Shown here: piece after piece, positions 1 to 9,719 of the stretch | Layout of the letters: each line of letters begins with the position of its first letter | Position numbering within the stretch: position 1 is the first letter of the stretch | Source: Verrucomicrobiia bacterium | Lineage (GTDB): Bacteria > Verrucomicrobiota > Verrucomicrobiia > Palsa-1439 | Direction: 5' to 3' | DNA: 64,000 nucleotides | Assembly (NCBI GenBank): GCA_050015495.1 | Contig: JBEKBH010000007.1 | Coordinates: 43,061 to 107,060 of the forward strand | Notes under the pieces: generated by a model | Told to the model about the DNA's origin: nothing | Database searches by the model: none | The model's input: only the letters and a program-made list of their open reading frames with translations | Position numbers and translations under genes: made by a program

Positions 1-1842
1 TCTCCCGCTGCTGCCGAACCAGAGCCAGCTCCAAGGAAACCCGGTTTCGCTTGACGGCTGTTCCGTGTGAACGACGGCCCTGTCCGGCCCCGAATCAATG
101 TTGATGGCGACGGCTTCGACGCTTTCGCTGGTCTTGCCATGAATGGCGGCGTTGATGACAACGGCGTTGGTGTTCCAGCCGTGGATTTCGATCCGGCCTT
201 TGACGTTGTCGACGCTGAATCGTCCGCCCGCATTGAATGGAAACGACCGCCTGGAATCCTTCCGAAACTCGCCGCTGGCGTCCTGATGAATGCCGGCTTG
301 CTGTAAATTCTGTGCGGTGACTTCCGTTGTGCGATCCCGCGCTGTCTTCAACGCCGGCAGGAACATGGCAGCCAGCAGCCCGATAACTGCAAGCACAAAT
401 GGAATCAAAACGATGCAACCCGCGACAACCGCGAAGCGCCTCCAAAAATGGTCGGGTCGTGGTGCAACCGGCGCGACGGACGCATTCGAACCGAAGGCCG
501 ATTTGACATCGTCGCGCGCGAGCACGATGAGCGCCCAGATTCCAATCGGGAAACCGATCAGGCTGCATGCCACGATGGAGATGATGCCGGCCGCAATGGC
601 CCAGGCGTAACTCCGCCGCTGCAACATTTGGAAGCCGCCGAACATGATCAGCAGCCCGGGAATTCCCCGGAATAGCACGACGCTGACAATCGCCACCGGC
701 CCCCACGAGCCCAAAAGACTTCCCAGACCGAGGAATTTACCCAGCCATCCGCTGCCACTCGCCAGGAAAGAGAGCGCAACAAACACCGAAAACAACTTCC
801 ACAACCCGGCCACCATCAAGGCCACCGCCGGCGCCGTGATTATCCCCGTGCTGGAGAGCGGCCTTCCCGCAGTAGGCGCCACCAATTGCGTCGGCGTTCC
901 GTTGATTGTTTCCACCGCCGTCTTGACCTGACTCGCCTGCTGATAGCGCCGTTGGGGTTCCTTTTCCAGCGCATGCAAAACAACTTCGTCCAATCTCACG
1001 TCCACTCGGACTTTCTTCGACGGCGGCGCGAAGCGACCGATGGGAAGTTCGCCCGTGAGCATCTGGTAGAACACGACGCCGAGCGAGTAGATGTCGGCGC
1101 GATGGTCGACGTCCTGCGGATGCTCGATCTGTTCAGGGGCCATGTAGAGCGGCGTGCCGATCACATCGCGGGCGCTGGTGATCGTCAGGTCTTTGGCTTC
1201 GAGGCCGACGAGTTTCGCCAGGCCGAAATCGGCGATCTTCACCACGCCGCTTTTGTCGATCAGGATGTTCTCGGGTTTGATATCGCGGTGAACGATGCCC
1301 TTGTCGTGCGCGTATTGCAGTGCGTCGCAAATCTGCGGCACAATCGCGAGTGCTTCTTTCGGCGCAATCTTCCCCGTGTCGAGTAGTTGGCGCAGGTTCA
1401 TACCGTCCACGAATTCCATCACGAAATAGAACAGCCCGTCGGTCTGACCGAAATCGTGGACGGAGACAATGTTGGGGTGCGTGAGCCGGGCCAGTGCCTT
1501 GGCTTCGCGGGTGAACCGCTCGGAAAACGCCGGGTCACGACTGACGTTCGGCGGCAGGATCTTCAACGCCACCAGCCGGTCGAGCCGCTTCTGGCGGGCC
1601 TTGTACACCACGCCCATCCCGCCCCGACCGACCAGTCCCAGGATTTCGAGTTCGGGGAAGAACCGGGCCAAGTCAATCGGCGATGGCGGCACGTAGTCGG
1701 TGCGCGGCTCCGGATCGTTGGACTCACCCGCGCCCGTGCTCGACGCGAATCCGCGTTTCAACAGGCAGGCGGGACAAAGTCCCTGGGGTGCGTCGGCAGC
1801 CAGAACGGCTCCGCACTGGGCACATCGTTTCTCCTCGCTCAT
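1..1842 (-). CDS. Membrane-anchored Ser/Thr protein kinase (Hanks type) with N-terminal Cys motif and C-terminal DUF4097/adhesin-like beta-repeat; 3' end runs off the window
   Basis: Not in the ORF track because it has no stop in the window. Manual translation of parts of the frame gives MSEEKRCAQCG...GLCPACLL, then GTPLYMAPEQIEHPQDVDHRADIYSLGVVFYQMLTGELP, hydrophobic helices at about 500-870, then FSVDNVKGRIEIHGWNTNAVVINAAI. Confidence 0.9.
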   Translation of the reverse strand, partial: MSEEKRCAQCGAVLAADAPQGLCPACLLKRGFASSTGAGESNDPEPRTDYVPPSPIDLARFFPELEILGLVGRGGMGVVYKARQKRLDRLVALKILPPNVSRDPAFSERFTREAKALARLTHPNIVSVHDFGQTDGLFYFVMEFVDGMNLRQLLDTGKIAPKEALAIVPQICDALQYAHDKGIVHRDIKPENILIDKSGVVKIADFGLAKLVGLEAKDLTITSARDVIGTPLYMAPEQIEHPQDVDHRADIYSLGVVFYQMLTGELPIGRFAPPSKKVRVDVRLDEVVLHALEKEPQRRYQQASQVKTAVETINGTPTQLVAPTAGRPLSSTGIITAPAVALMVAGLWKLFSVFVALSFLASGSGWLGKFLGLGSLLGSWGPVAIVSVVLFRGIPGLLIMFGGFQMLQRRSYAWAIAAGIISIVACSLIGFPIGIWALIVLARDDVKSAFGSNASVAPVAPRPDHFWRRFAVVAGCIVLIPFVLAVIGLLAAMFLPALKTARDRTTEVTAQNLQQAGIHQDASGEFRKDSRRSFPFNAGGRFSVDNVKGRIEIHGWNTNAVVINAAIHGKTSESVEAVAINIDSGPDRAVVHTEQPSSETGFPWSWLWFGSSGR

Positions 1843-1921
1843 ATCGGCGAATCCTTTCTACCTCATCGCTTCCACAAGTTACAGAAGCGAATGCGCACAA
1901 AGGTTACAATGAAAGTGCCGG

Positions 1922-2674
1922 TTACGAAGCGAAGGCCGCGAAGAGGTGGCGAATTTCCTCCTCAATCTCCGCGGGGGTGGCGACCGTGTGGGAAATCTCT
2001 TCGCGCAACAATTCGCGGTACCGCCGTCGCAAGCGGTGGACCGCCACCTTGACGGCGCCCTCGGTTGTCCCGAGCTTGGCGGCCGCCTCGGCATACGACG
2101 TCGCTCCTTTCCCTTCCGTCAACCACACCTTCAACTCGTCGAACTGCTTCTTCTTGCCGTCGGCGACAAACTCGGCTTGCAAGCGTGAGAGCACCTGGTC
2201 GAGCAACGCCAGCGCCCATTGACGATCGAGCAATTTCTCGGCGGTCAGGTCGTCGGCCGGTTCCGACCGATATCGGGTCTCCGCCGTCTGGATATCCAAG
2301 GACAGATGCGGCTGACCACCGCCGCGTTTGGCCGCGCGCGCGCGGTCCCACTCGTTGGCCAGAAAATGTTTCAACGACGCCAGCAGGAATGAGCGGAACT
2401 TCCCCTTCTCGCGGTCGACAGCCGCCAGATAATTCTTCGCCAGCAGCCGCGCGAAAAATTCCTGCGTCAGGTCTTCCGCTTCATGGGGGCTGTGACCGCG
2501 CCGTCGCACGTAGGCGTAGAGCGGGTACCAATACGCGCGGCACAATTCTTCGAGTGCACGTCCGGCCTGAGGCGACGAGCCATGCCCGGCGGTCAGCACC
2601 ACTGTCCACCGCGTGGCGGCAAAAGAACGATCGCCACCAGATCGTGTCTCCCGAGTTCGCGCGGATGTGGTCAT
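1922..2674 (-). CDS. ECF-type RNA polymerase sigma factor (kinase-associated type)
   Basis: FAATRWTVVL N-terminus, YWYPLYAYVRRRG...AEDLTQEFF (region 2) and VKVAVHRLRRRY (region 4); directly upstream of the kinase. Confidence 0.9.
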   Translation of the reverse strand: MTTSARTRETRSGGDRSFAATRWTVVLTAGHGSSPQAGRALEELCRAYWYPLYAYVRRRGHSPHEAEDLTQEFFARLLAKNYLAAVDREKGKFRSFLLASLKHFLANEWDRARAAKRGGGQPHLSLDIQTAETRYRSEPADDLTAEKLLDRQWALALLDQVLSRLQAEFVADGKKKQFDELKVWLTEGKGATSYAEAAAKLGTTEGAVKVAVHRLRRRYRELLREEISHTVATPAEIEEEIRHLFAAFAS

Positions 2675-3654
2675 GGCGATGGATGGCTGCTTTGGACGGC
2701 CTTGGCGAGATGACGCATGGCCAGTTCTTCGCCGAGGGCGAGCACGTTGTCGAAATACTCGACCATCTCCGGTTCCGTGGCGAGATCCACGATCTTGTCG
2801 CCGACGGCGGCAACCAGTCCCTTGATCTCATCCCGGCGGCGCTCGAGTTCGACCATTCGTAGCGAGACCTCGGCTGTGGGTTGGTCTTCCACACGCGCCT
2901 GGATGGCTGCCCGCTCCAAGGATTGCCCGACCAATTCGGTCACCAGATAGAACGGCCGGTCCTGCATCGCGCGCGCGACCGCCACCAGCAACGGCACGGT
3001 CGCTTTATCAATCTTTCTCTCCGCGCAGTCGCGGGCCATTGCCAGCACGGGCGTATCGGGCGTGAAACCAAGTCTTCGGGCGGAATAGGGTGAATACCCC
3101 GCCGCTTCGAGTGTATGAATCCGCGCCCGCGCGGCATCGGTGGCGTAATCACGGTATCGGATCGCCCACGATGGCGCCTTCAAGTCCGCCATGCGTTTGT
3201 TCTCGGCCAGCAACAGATTCAGTTCGACGAACCACGGGACGATATTGGCCGTGTCCCCCTTCTCGACGGCGCGCAGCAGCGGCAACGCGGTCGCGGGCTC
3301 GTGGTTGACCGCCGCCGCGCACGCGTACCGCAACGCGATCTCGAGGTTCGTCCCGCTGGCCGCCAGCGCCGACTCGAACAGGGCGCGTTTGGTCGGCCAA
3401 TCCCCGATGAGTTCCGCGGCGCCCCAGACGAGCTGGTAATCGTTGGTTCCCTGTTTCGCCACGCGTTCGACCAGTGCGCGGTCGATCTGCGTCAACTTCA
3501 ACAATTCGGCGGTTTCGAGTTGGCCGGTCGTGCGCCGCATCCGATCGACCTGCCGAAAGTCGTCGAACGTGGGCAGACCCTGTGCCCCAGAAGCCAGAAG
3601 CCAGAAGCCAGAAGTCAGGAGAACAGCGACAAAGATTGTAAGCAATCGTCTCAT
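2671..3654 (-). CDS. Exported/membrane-anchored helical hypothetical protein
   Basis: ORF 2671..3705; likely start MRRLLTIFVAVLL (signal-like) at 3654; stop overlaps the sigma start (ATGA). Confidence 0.7.
   Translation of the reverse strand: MRRLLTIFVAVLLTSGFWLLASGAQGLPTFDDFRQVDRMRRTTGQLETAELLKLTQIDRALVERVAKQGTNDYQLVWGAAELIGDWPTKRALFESALAASGTNLEIALRYACAAAVNHEPATALPLLRAVEKGDTANIVPWFVELNLLLAENKRMADLKAPSWAIRYRDYATDAARARIHTLEAAGYSPYSARRLGFTPDTPVLAMARDCAERKIDKATVPLLVAVARAMQDRPFYLVTELVGQSLERAAIQARVEDQPTAEVSLRMVELERRRDEIKGLVAAVGDKIVDLATEPEMVEYFDNVLALGEELAMRHLAKAVQSSHPSP
3587..3621 (+). repeat. Heptamer tandem repeat (CCAGAAG)x4 + TCAGGAG inside the signal-peptide coding region
   Basis: Read directly; degenerate opposite-strand heptamers (TTCTGGA TTCTGAA ...) follow at about 3654-3688. 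Confidence 0.9.
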
Positions 3655-3694
3655 TCTGGATTCTGAATTCCAGCTACTGTATTCTGTTGCTTGG

Positions 3695-6148
3695 ATGGCT
3701 GTCAAAATTCATTTGGCGAAGAAGAAAATCTCGATGAGCGTCGGCGATCTCGTGGCCGAGCCGCTGGTCAGCGACGGACGCGTGGGCGGGCTGGGGATGT
3801 GGACACGCCTGGCGATGGGGCGCGAAGCGCATGTGACCCACCAGCGGACGCAAGCGGGGTTGCACGAAGGCTATGGGCGAGAGATCGCGGTGCGTTACCA
3901 GACGACGGTCGACGAATTCGAGGTGACGATCCAAGGGCGCATCGACGGCGTCTACATGCCGCTGAATGGTGGCCCGCATGTGATCGAGGAGATCAAATCG
4001 GTGGTCGTGCCGCCGCGTGTGTTTTCCGCCCTTGACGAGAACTCCTACCCGCACTACGCCGAGCAACTGCGGCTGTATTGCTTCTTCGTCGAGCAGGAAC
4101 AGAAGACCGCGTTGGGCAGGCTCGTGTTTGTCAATGTAGCGGATGGAACGACGAAGGAAATCGAGATTCGCGGGCCGTTTGGTGATTGCGAGCGGCTGAT
4201 CGCTGACCGTGTACGCGCGTTGATTCACCAGGCGCAGGAAGAACAACGTCGTCAAGAACATCGGCGCACCCAATCGACAGTCCTCCGGTTTCCCCACGAC
4301 CGCGTCCGACCCCATCAGGATGAAATGATGGCGGCAGTCGAGCACGCGTTGAAAGAAGGGCGGCACCTGCTCGTCTCGGCTCCCGCGGGAGTCGGCAAGA
4401 CGACGGCAGCGCTTTACCCCGTGGTGCAATACGCGCTGGCGCACGATAAACGGGTGTTCTTTGTCACCGCCAAGAATACCCAGCAACAGATCGTCCTGGA
4501 AACGCTCCGACGCATGGGCCTGCGCGAATCCACACATCCCAACGCGGTGTTCTTTCGCGCGCGCGAGAGCATGTGCATCAACGACGTGTACGCCTGCCGG
4601 GAAGAGTTTTGCCCGCACCTGCGCGATTTCCGCGCAAAACTCGAGATGACGCGGGTTGCGGACCGCTTGCTGGCCGAACGGCTGATCACCCCCGATGCGA
4701 TGATGGAGGCTGGACGAGGCACGAGCCTGTGTCCATTCGAGTTGGCGTTGGTCGAGGCCGAGTTAACCGACGTGATTGTCTGCGATTACAACTATGTGTT
4801 CGATCCGCAGGTGTATTTCCGCCGGTTTTTCCTTGAGGCCGACTACTCGAATGCGATTTTGGTCATCGACGAGGCGCACAACCTCGTCCAGCGCGCCATG
4901 GATTACTATTCGCCGAGCCTGTCGCGGCAGCACATCCGCGATTTGAGCGGTAACCTGCGTCACGTCGAGCCGTCGCTGGCGAAGGAACTGCGGAAATTCC
5001 TGGGAGAGATCGACGACTTCTTCCGCAGCCAGGTTCGCACCAAGGGCGACGAATACACCCAACTCGACGAGAGCGACGTGGGACAGGACAAGTACCTGGT
5101 ACCCTCGCCGCGAGAATTCTTCGAGGGCCTCAAGCCAGCCTTTAACAAGCTGACCGTCCGTTACCTGTTGGACAAGACGACGAGCGGACGGGCGATCCCG
5201 GATGATCCCGTCGACGAGTTTTTCTCGGCGTTCGGCCAGTTCTGCGTCGTGCTGGGGATGGAAGGCGACGAATTCTCGTACATGTACGACACGACAGGGG
5301 GCGAAGCCTTGAAAATCGTGTGCAAGGATCCGTCCCGGCAATTGGCGCATCGGCTGGAAGGGTTTCACAGCGTGATTGCCATGTCGGCGACGTTGGAACC
5401 GATGGCGTTTTACCGCCAGATGCTCGGGTTCGACACCGAGCGAACGGACCAAGCAACCTTCCCATCCCCCTTTCCCAAAGAGAATCGGCGCATTATCGTG
5501 GTCCCGACCGTTTCGACCACATTTCGCGTCCGCGCAGCCCACTACGGGAGGATCGCCAATATCATCGGGACAACTGCAGAAGCCCGGCTCGGCAACTACA
5601 TGGCGTTGTTCCCCAGCTACGATTTCTTGCGAGGAGTCGCCGGACAAATACCCGAAGGCCCTTGGGAGATTCTCGTCCAGGAACCCAAAATGACCGAGCA
5701 GCAGCGGCTGACGCTTCTCGATGCTCTCCAAGAGCCCCAGCCCCCGAAGCTCATCCTCGCTGTCCAAGGCGGCCTTTTTTCGGAGGGAGTGGACTATCCG
5801 GGCGAAACGCTTTCGGGGGTCATCATCATCAGTCCCGCCCTACCCCAAGTGAGTTTCGAGCGTGAACTCATGCGACAATTCTACGAAGAACATTATGGGA
5901 AGGGGTTCGAATTCGCCTACCTCTATCCCGGCATGAACCGGGTCATTCAGTCGGTTGGCCGGCTCATTCGGAGCGAATCGGATCGTGGTGTGGCAGTGCT
6001 TGTGTGCCAGAGATTTGCGCAAACGCAGTATTCAACGCTTTTCCCTCCGGATTGGTCTGAGAGTATGGCCAGCGGCCGGGCTGGGTACAATCTGGCCGAC
6101 GAATTGGCGGATTTCTGGGGTGGTAACCCCCAGAGGTCGGTGCGGTAA
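3695..6148 (+). CDS. DinG/XPD-family Fe-S helicase with N-terminal PD-(D/E)XK (Cas4/RecB-like) nuclease domain
   Basis: GRIDG..IEEIKS..Q..Y nuclease motifs; APAGVGKT, four Fe-S Cys, DEAHNL, SAT, SEGVD, QSVGRLIRS helicase motifs. Start ATG 3695 chosen because the longer ORF overlaps the divergent gene. Confidence 0.88.
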   Translation: MAVKIHLAKKKISMSVGDLVAEPLVSDGRVGGLGMWTRLAMGREAHVTHQRTQAGLHEGYGREIAVRYQTTVDEFEVTIQGRIDGVYMPLNGGPHVIEEIKSVVVPPRVFSALDENSYPHYAEQLRLYCFFVEQEQKTALGRLVFVNVADGTTKEIEIRGPFGDCERLIADRVRALIHQAQEEQRRQEHRRTQSTVLRFPHDRVRPHQDEMMAAVEHALKEGRHLLVSAPAGVGKTTAALYPVVQYALAHDKRVFFVTAKNTQQQIVLETLRRMGLRESTHPNAVFFRARESMCINDVYACREEFCPHLRDFRAKLEMTRVADRLLAERLITPDAMMEAGRGTSLCPFELALVEAELTDVIVCDYNYVFDPQVYFRRFFLEADYSNAILVIDEAHNLVQRAMDYYSPSLSRQHIRDLSGNLRHVEPSLAKELRKFLGEIDDFFRSQVRTKGDEYTQLDESDVGQDKYLVPSPREFFEGLKPAFNKLTVRYLLDKTTSGRAIPDDPVDEFFSAFGQFCVVLGMEGDEFSYMYDTTGGEALKIVCKDPSRQLAHRLEGFHSVIAMSATLEPMAFYRQMLGFDTERTDQATFPSPFPKENRRIIVVPTVSTTFRVRAAHYGRIANIIGTTAEARLGNYMALFPSYDFLRGVAGQIPEGPWEILVQEPKMTEQQRLTLLDALQEPQPPKLILAVQGGLFSEGVDYPGETLSGVIIISPALPQVSFERELMRQFYEEHYGKGFEFAYLYPGMNRVIQSVGRLIRSESDRGVAVLVCQRFAQTQYSTLFPPDWSESMASGRAGYNLADELADFWGGNPQRSVR

Positions 6149-6225
6149 ATCCCCTTTACAATTGTGTGTCGATGGCTATATAGTTCTTAGTGCCAGAAGT
6201 TTAAGGAGGAAGTGGGCTGAGGACC

Positions 6226-8295
6226 ATGATTCAGGCAAAACAGGAGCCGTTTCTACAATCAACAGATGAGTTGGAAGCCGTTATTGCCGGAGCGCAGGAT
6301 TGGCTCTTGGGACAACAGGCTTCGGATGGCCATTGGTGTGCGGAACTCGAAGGCGACACGATCCTCGAATCCGAGTACTTGATTTACCTGCATTTTATTG
6401 ACCGCTTGGACCCGGTCATCATTCGCAAGACTGCGAACTACATCCGTTCCAAAGTGCTTCACGAAGGGGGATGGTCCATCTATCCGAACGGCCCGTTCGA
6501 TTTGAGCGCCTCCGTGAAGGCCTACCTCGCGCTGAAAATGGCGGGCGACCCGACGCATGCCCTGCACATGGCCAAGACCCGCGAAGCCATTCGTGCGGCA
6601 GGCGGAGTCACGCGCTGCAATACCTTCACGAAGATTTCGCTGGCCATGATCGGTCTGTATCCGTGGGGGGGGTGTCCGGCCATTCCGCCCGAGCTGATTC
6701 TCCTCCCGAAGTGGTTCAGCTTCAGCATTTACAACATGTCGTCCTGGTCACGGGCGATGCTGGTGCCGCTTTCGATTATCCGTTCGCGGGAACCCGTCAA
6801 GCCGCTTCCGCGAGAATGGCAGATCGATGAATTGTGGGTGGAAAGCCGTGAGAAGGCCGATATCCGTCTCCCACGCGACCAGCGCACGTTCACGTGGCAC
6901 AACTTCTTTCTCGTGGTTGATCATTTTCTGAAGTTCGTCCACCGTCATCACCCGGTTCCGTTTGTGCGGCGATTCGCCATGCGGAAAGCCGAACGCTGGG
7001 TGATCGAGCACGGACGAACCCCCGGCGGCCTCGGCGCGATCTTTCCCGCCATGGCCAACTACGTCATGGCGCTCCACGTCCTCGGGTACAGCAACGAAAG
7101 CTACCTTGTGGCCCACGGCATCCTCGAAATGGAGAAGCTCGAGATCGAAGAAGGCGACACGCTACGGCTTCAGCCGTGTTTCTCTCCCGTTTGGGACACC
7201 GCGATCAGCGTCAACGCGCTCCACGAATCGGGACTGTCAGCCGATCATTCCGCGCTCCAGGCGGCATCGCGGTGGTTGCTGGACAAGGAAGTGCGCCGTC
7301 CCGGCGACTGGCGCGTGAAACACTCGGAAAGCCATCGCTACACCGAGCCGAACAAGCCGGTGGGCGGATGGTTTTTCGAGTACGACAACGAGTTTTACCC
7401 GGATGTGGACGACACGGCGATGGTGCTCATGGCCTTGAACCGGGTCAGCACGGAATTCGACCGTGAAAAGTCGGCGGCGATTCGTCGCGGCACGCGCTGG
7501 GTGCTGGGCATGCAAGGCAAGGACGGCGGGTGGGCCAGTTTCGACAAAGACAACGACAAGTGGTTGTTCACGCAAGTCCCGTTCGCCGACCACAATGCGA
7601 TGATTGACCCAAGCACGTCGGACATCACCGCGCGCGTCCTGGAGTGCTTGGGACATTTCGGATTCACGACGGAAGACGAATGTGTCGAAAAGGCCGTCTC
7701 TTTCCTCAAACGCGACCAGTCGCCTGACGGCTCGTGGTTCGGCCGGTGGGGCGCGAATTACATTTACGGGACGTGGCAGGTATTACGCGGCTTGCGCGTG
7801 ATTGGCGAGGATATGCGCCTGCCGTACGTCCGCCGGTCCGTCGCCTGGCTGAAGTCCTCGCAGAATGCCGACGGCGGCTGGGGTGAATCACTGCGAAGCT
7901 ACGATGACCCGCAGTTTAAGGGAATCGGGCGGAGTGCAGCCTCACAAACCGCTTGGGGGATCATGGGTCTCATTTCCGCCGGGGAAGTAAACTGCCCCGA
8001 AGTCGCCCGCGGGATCAAGTACCTGATCAATCACCAAGACCTCGACGGCTCGTGGGACGAAGAGTTGTTCACCGGCACCGGTTTCCCGCGCGTGTTCTAT
8101 TTGCGGTACCACTACTATCGCAACTACTTTCCATTGATGGCCTTGGGGATGTATGCGCGCCAGATGATGCAGGGCTTCCCGCCCGTGCCGCGCGAACTCG
8201 AGAAGTCGCGCGTCATTCAGTTGTTCTTCAAACAGCCGCGGATACTTCGGAAGGTGGCCCGACTCCGCGCACTGGCGCATTTGACGGAAGTGTAG
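6226..8295 (+). CDS. shc: Squalene-hopene cyclase
   Basis: DVDDTA catalytic motif, QW repeats (QGKDGGWASFD, QSPDGSWFGRWG, QNADGGWGE), FTGTGFPRVFYLRYHYY. Confidence 0.97.
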   Translation: MIQAKQEPFLQSTDELEAVIAGAQDWLLGQQASDGHWCAELEGDTILESEYLIYLHFIDRLDPVIIRKTANYIRSKVLHEGGWSIYPNGPFDLSASVKAYLALKMAGDPTHALHMAKTREAIRAAGGVTRCNTFTKISLAMIGLYPWGGCPAIPPELILLPKWFSFSIYNMSSWSRAMLVPLSIIRSREPVKPLPREWQIDELWVESREKADIRLPRDQRTFTWHNFFLVVDHFLKFVHRHHPVPFVRRFAMRKAERWVIEHGRTPGGLGAIFPAMANYVMALHVLGYSNESYLVAHGILEMEKLEIEEGDTLRLQPCFSPVWDTAISVNALHESGLSADHSALQAASRWLLDKEVRRPGDWRVKHSESHRYTEPNKPVGGWFFEYDNEFYPDVDDTAMVLMALNRVSTEFDREKSAAIRRGTRWVLGMQGKDGGWASFDKDNDKWLFTQVPFADHNAMIDPSTSDITARVLECLGHFGFTTEDECVEKAVSFLKRDQSPDGSWFGRWGANYIYGTWQVLRGLRVIGEDMRLPYVRRSVAWLKSSQNADGGWGESLRSYDDPQFKGIGRSAASQTAWGIMGLISAGEVNCPEVARGIKYLINHQDLDGSWDEELFTGTGFPRVFYLRYHYYRNYFPLMALGMYARQMMQGFPPVPRELEKSRVIQLFFKQPRILRKVARLRALAHLTEV

Positions 8296-8325
8296 TAGGA
8301 TTGCGAAAATCAGGAGACGCAGATC

Positions 8326-9681
8326 ATGAGATTCCCATTTACGTTGTCGGCGAAGATGGCCCGATACATTATCACCCAGAAGATCAAGAAGACCGGGAAA
8401 TTCGCCATCGTGCTCCAACTGGAGCCGTTGCACACGTGCAATCTCACGTGCACGGGCTGTGGTCGCATCCGCGAGTACTCCACCAATCTCAAGGACATGA
8501 TGAGCCTGGAAGATTGCCTTGGCGCCGCCACCGAGTGCAATGCGCCGATGGTTTCCATCTGCGGCGGCGAACCCCTGATCTATCCGAAGATCGAGGAACT
8601 CGTCGACGGGCTGCTTGATCAGGGCCGGATCGTGTACGTTTGCACCAACGGTATGTTCATGCGCAAGAAGATGCGCGAGTATCTGGCGCGCAACTACACC
8701 GCGGCAGTCGAACCGAAGCTCACCGCCTTGCTGGCGCAAAGCCTCATCACCGAGAAGGAAGCCGCCGAAATCCGCAAGGGCAGGAACGACGGCCGCCCCG
8801 GCATCAAGCCGAGCAAATGGATGTACTGGAATGTCCACGTGGATGGCCTCGAATACATTCACGACCTGATCGTCGAGCGCGAAGGTGTGTTCAAGGAATG
8901 CGTCGAAGCGATCAAGATGGCCAAGATCCTCGGCTACCAGGTGGCGACCAATTGCACCGTCTACAAAGAAACGGACATGGGCGAGATCGAGAAAATGTTC
9001 GATTTCCTGTCCAATCTTGGTGTGGACGGTCACACCATCACACCGGGCTACGAATACGACGCCGCCAAGAAAGACATGATCAAACGCCTAAACAAGCAGC
9101 CTGAGGATTTCTTCCTCACGCGCAAAATGACCCGGGACAAATTCAAAAAAATCGTCGAATGGGGCCAGAAATACACGTTCTTCGGTTCGCCCATTTATTT
9201 GGAATTCCTCGCGGGCAAGCGCGACCTGCATTGCACCGCTTGGGCGATCCCGACCCGCAACGTCCGCGGCTGGAAGGCTCCCTGCTACCTGATGACCGAC
9301 GGCCATTACGAGCGGTATCAGGAGATGCTGGAGAAGGTCGATTGGGAAAAGTACGGCGTCTTTAATGGGGTCGCCCGCGATCCGCGCTGTGAAAATTGCA
9401 TGACCCATTGCGGTTATGAGCCCACGCCGTCGCTCGGCATCGACACGCAGCCCGGTGACACGTGGAAACTGATCCGCTACAACTTTGGCCGCAAGCCCGC
9501 GCCCGTGGCCAATGCGTCCCACGTGGATGCCTACAATGGCGTCACGACCGGCCGCGGCCACTTGACCGGTCAGCGTAATTCCGTTCAACAGAATATCAAG
9601 CAGGTGTTGGCCGAACGGGAAGTGTCCGCCGCTGTGGCCGCTGAAACCAACGGCCATGGCCACGACGGCTGCTGTAGTTGA
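8326..9681 (+). CDS. hpnH: Hopanoid radical-SAM adenosylhopane synthase
   Basis: LEPLHTCNLTCTGCGRI (CxxxCxxC), CTAWAIPTRNVRGWKAPCYL, CENCMTHCGYEPT; follows shc. Confidence 0.92.
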   Translation: MRFPFTLSAKMARYIITQKIKKTGKFAIVLQLEPLHTCNLTCTGCGRIREYSTNLKDMMSLEDCLGAATECNAPMVSICGGEPLIYPKIEELVDGLLDQGRIVYVCTNGMFMRKKMREYLARNYTAAVEPKLTALLAQSLITEKEAAEIRKGRNDGRPGIKPSKWMYWNVHVDGLEYIHDLIVEREGVFKECVEAIKMAKILGYQVATNCTVYKETDMGEIEKMFDFLSNLGVDGHTITPGYEYDAAKKDMIKRLNKQPEDFFLTRKMTRDKFKKIVEWGQKYTFFGSPIYLEFLAGKRDLHCTAWAIPTRNVRGWKAPCYLMTDGHYERYQEMLEKVDWEKYGVFNGVARDPRCENCMTHCGYEPTPSLGIDTQPGDTWKLIRYNFGRKPAPVANASHVDAYNGVTTGRGHLTGQRNSVQQNIKQVLAEREVSAAVAAETNGHGHDGCCS

Positions 9682-9719
9682 GCCGTCGTAAGGGCGCTCC
9701 GGGATAAGCGACGGGAACC

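Noticed and set aside
886-1386. Plus-strand ORFs over the kinase (886..1386, 1387..2052)
   Set aside because: Antisense to a clear kinase reading frame.
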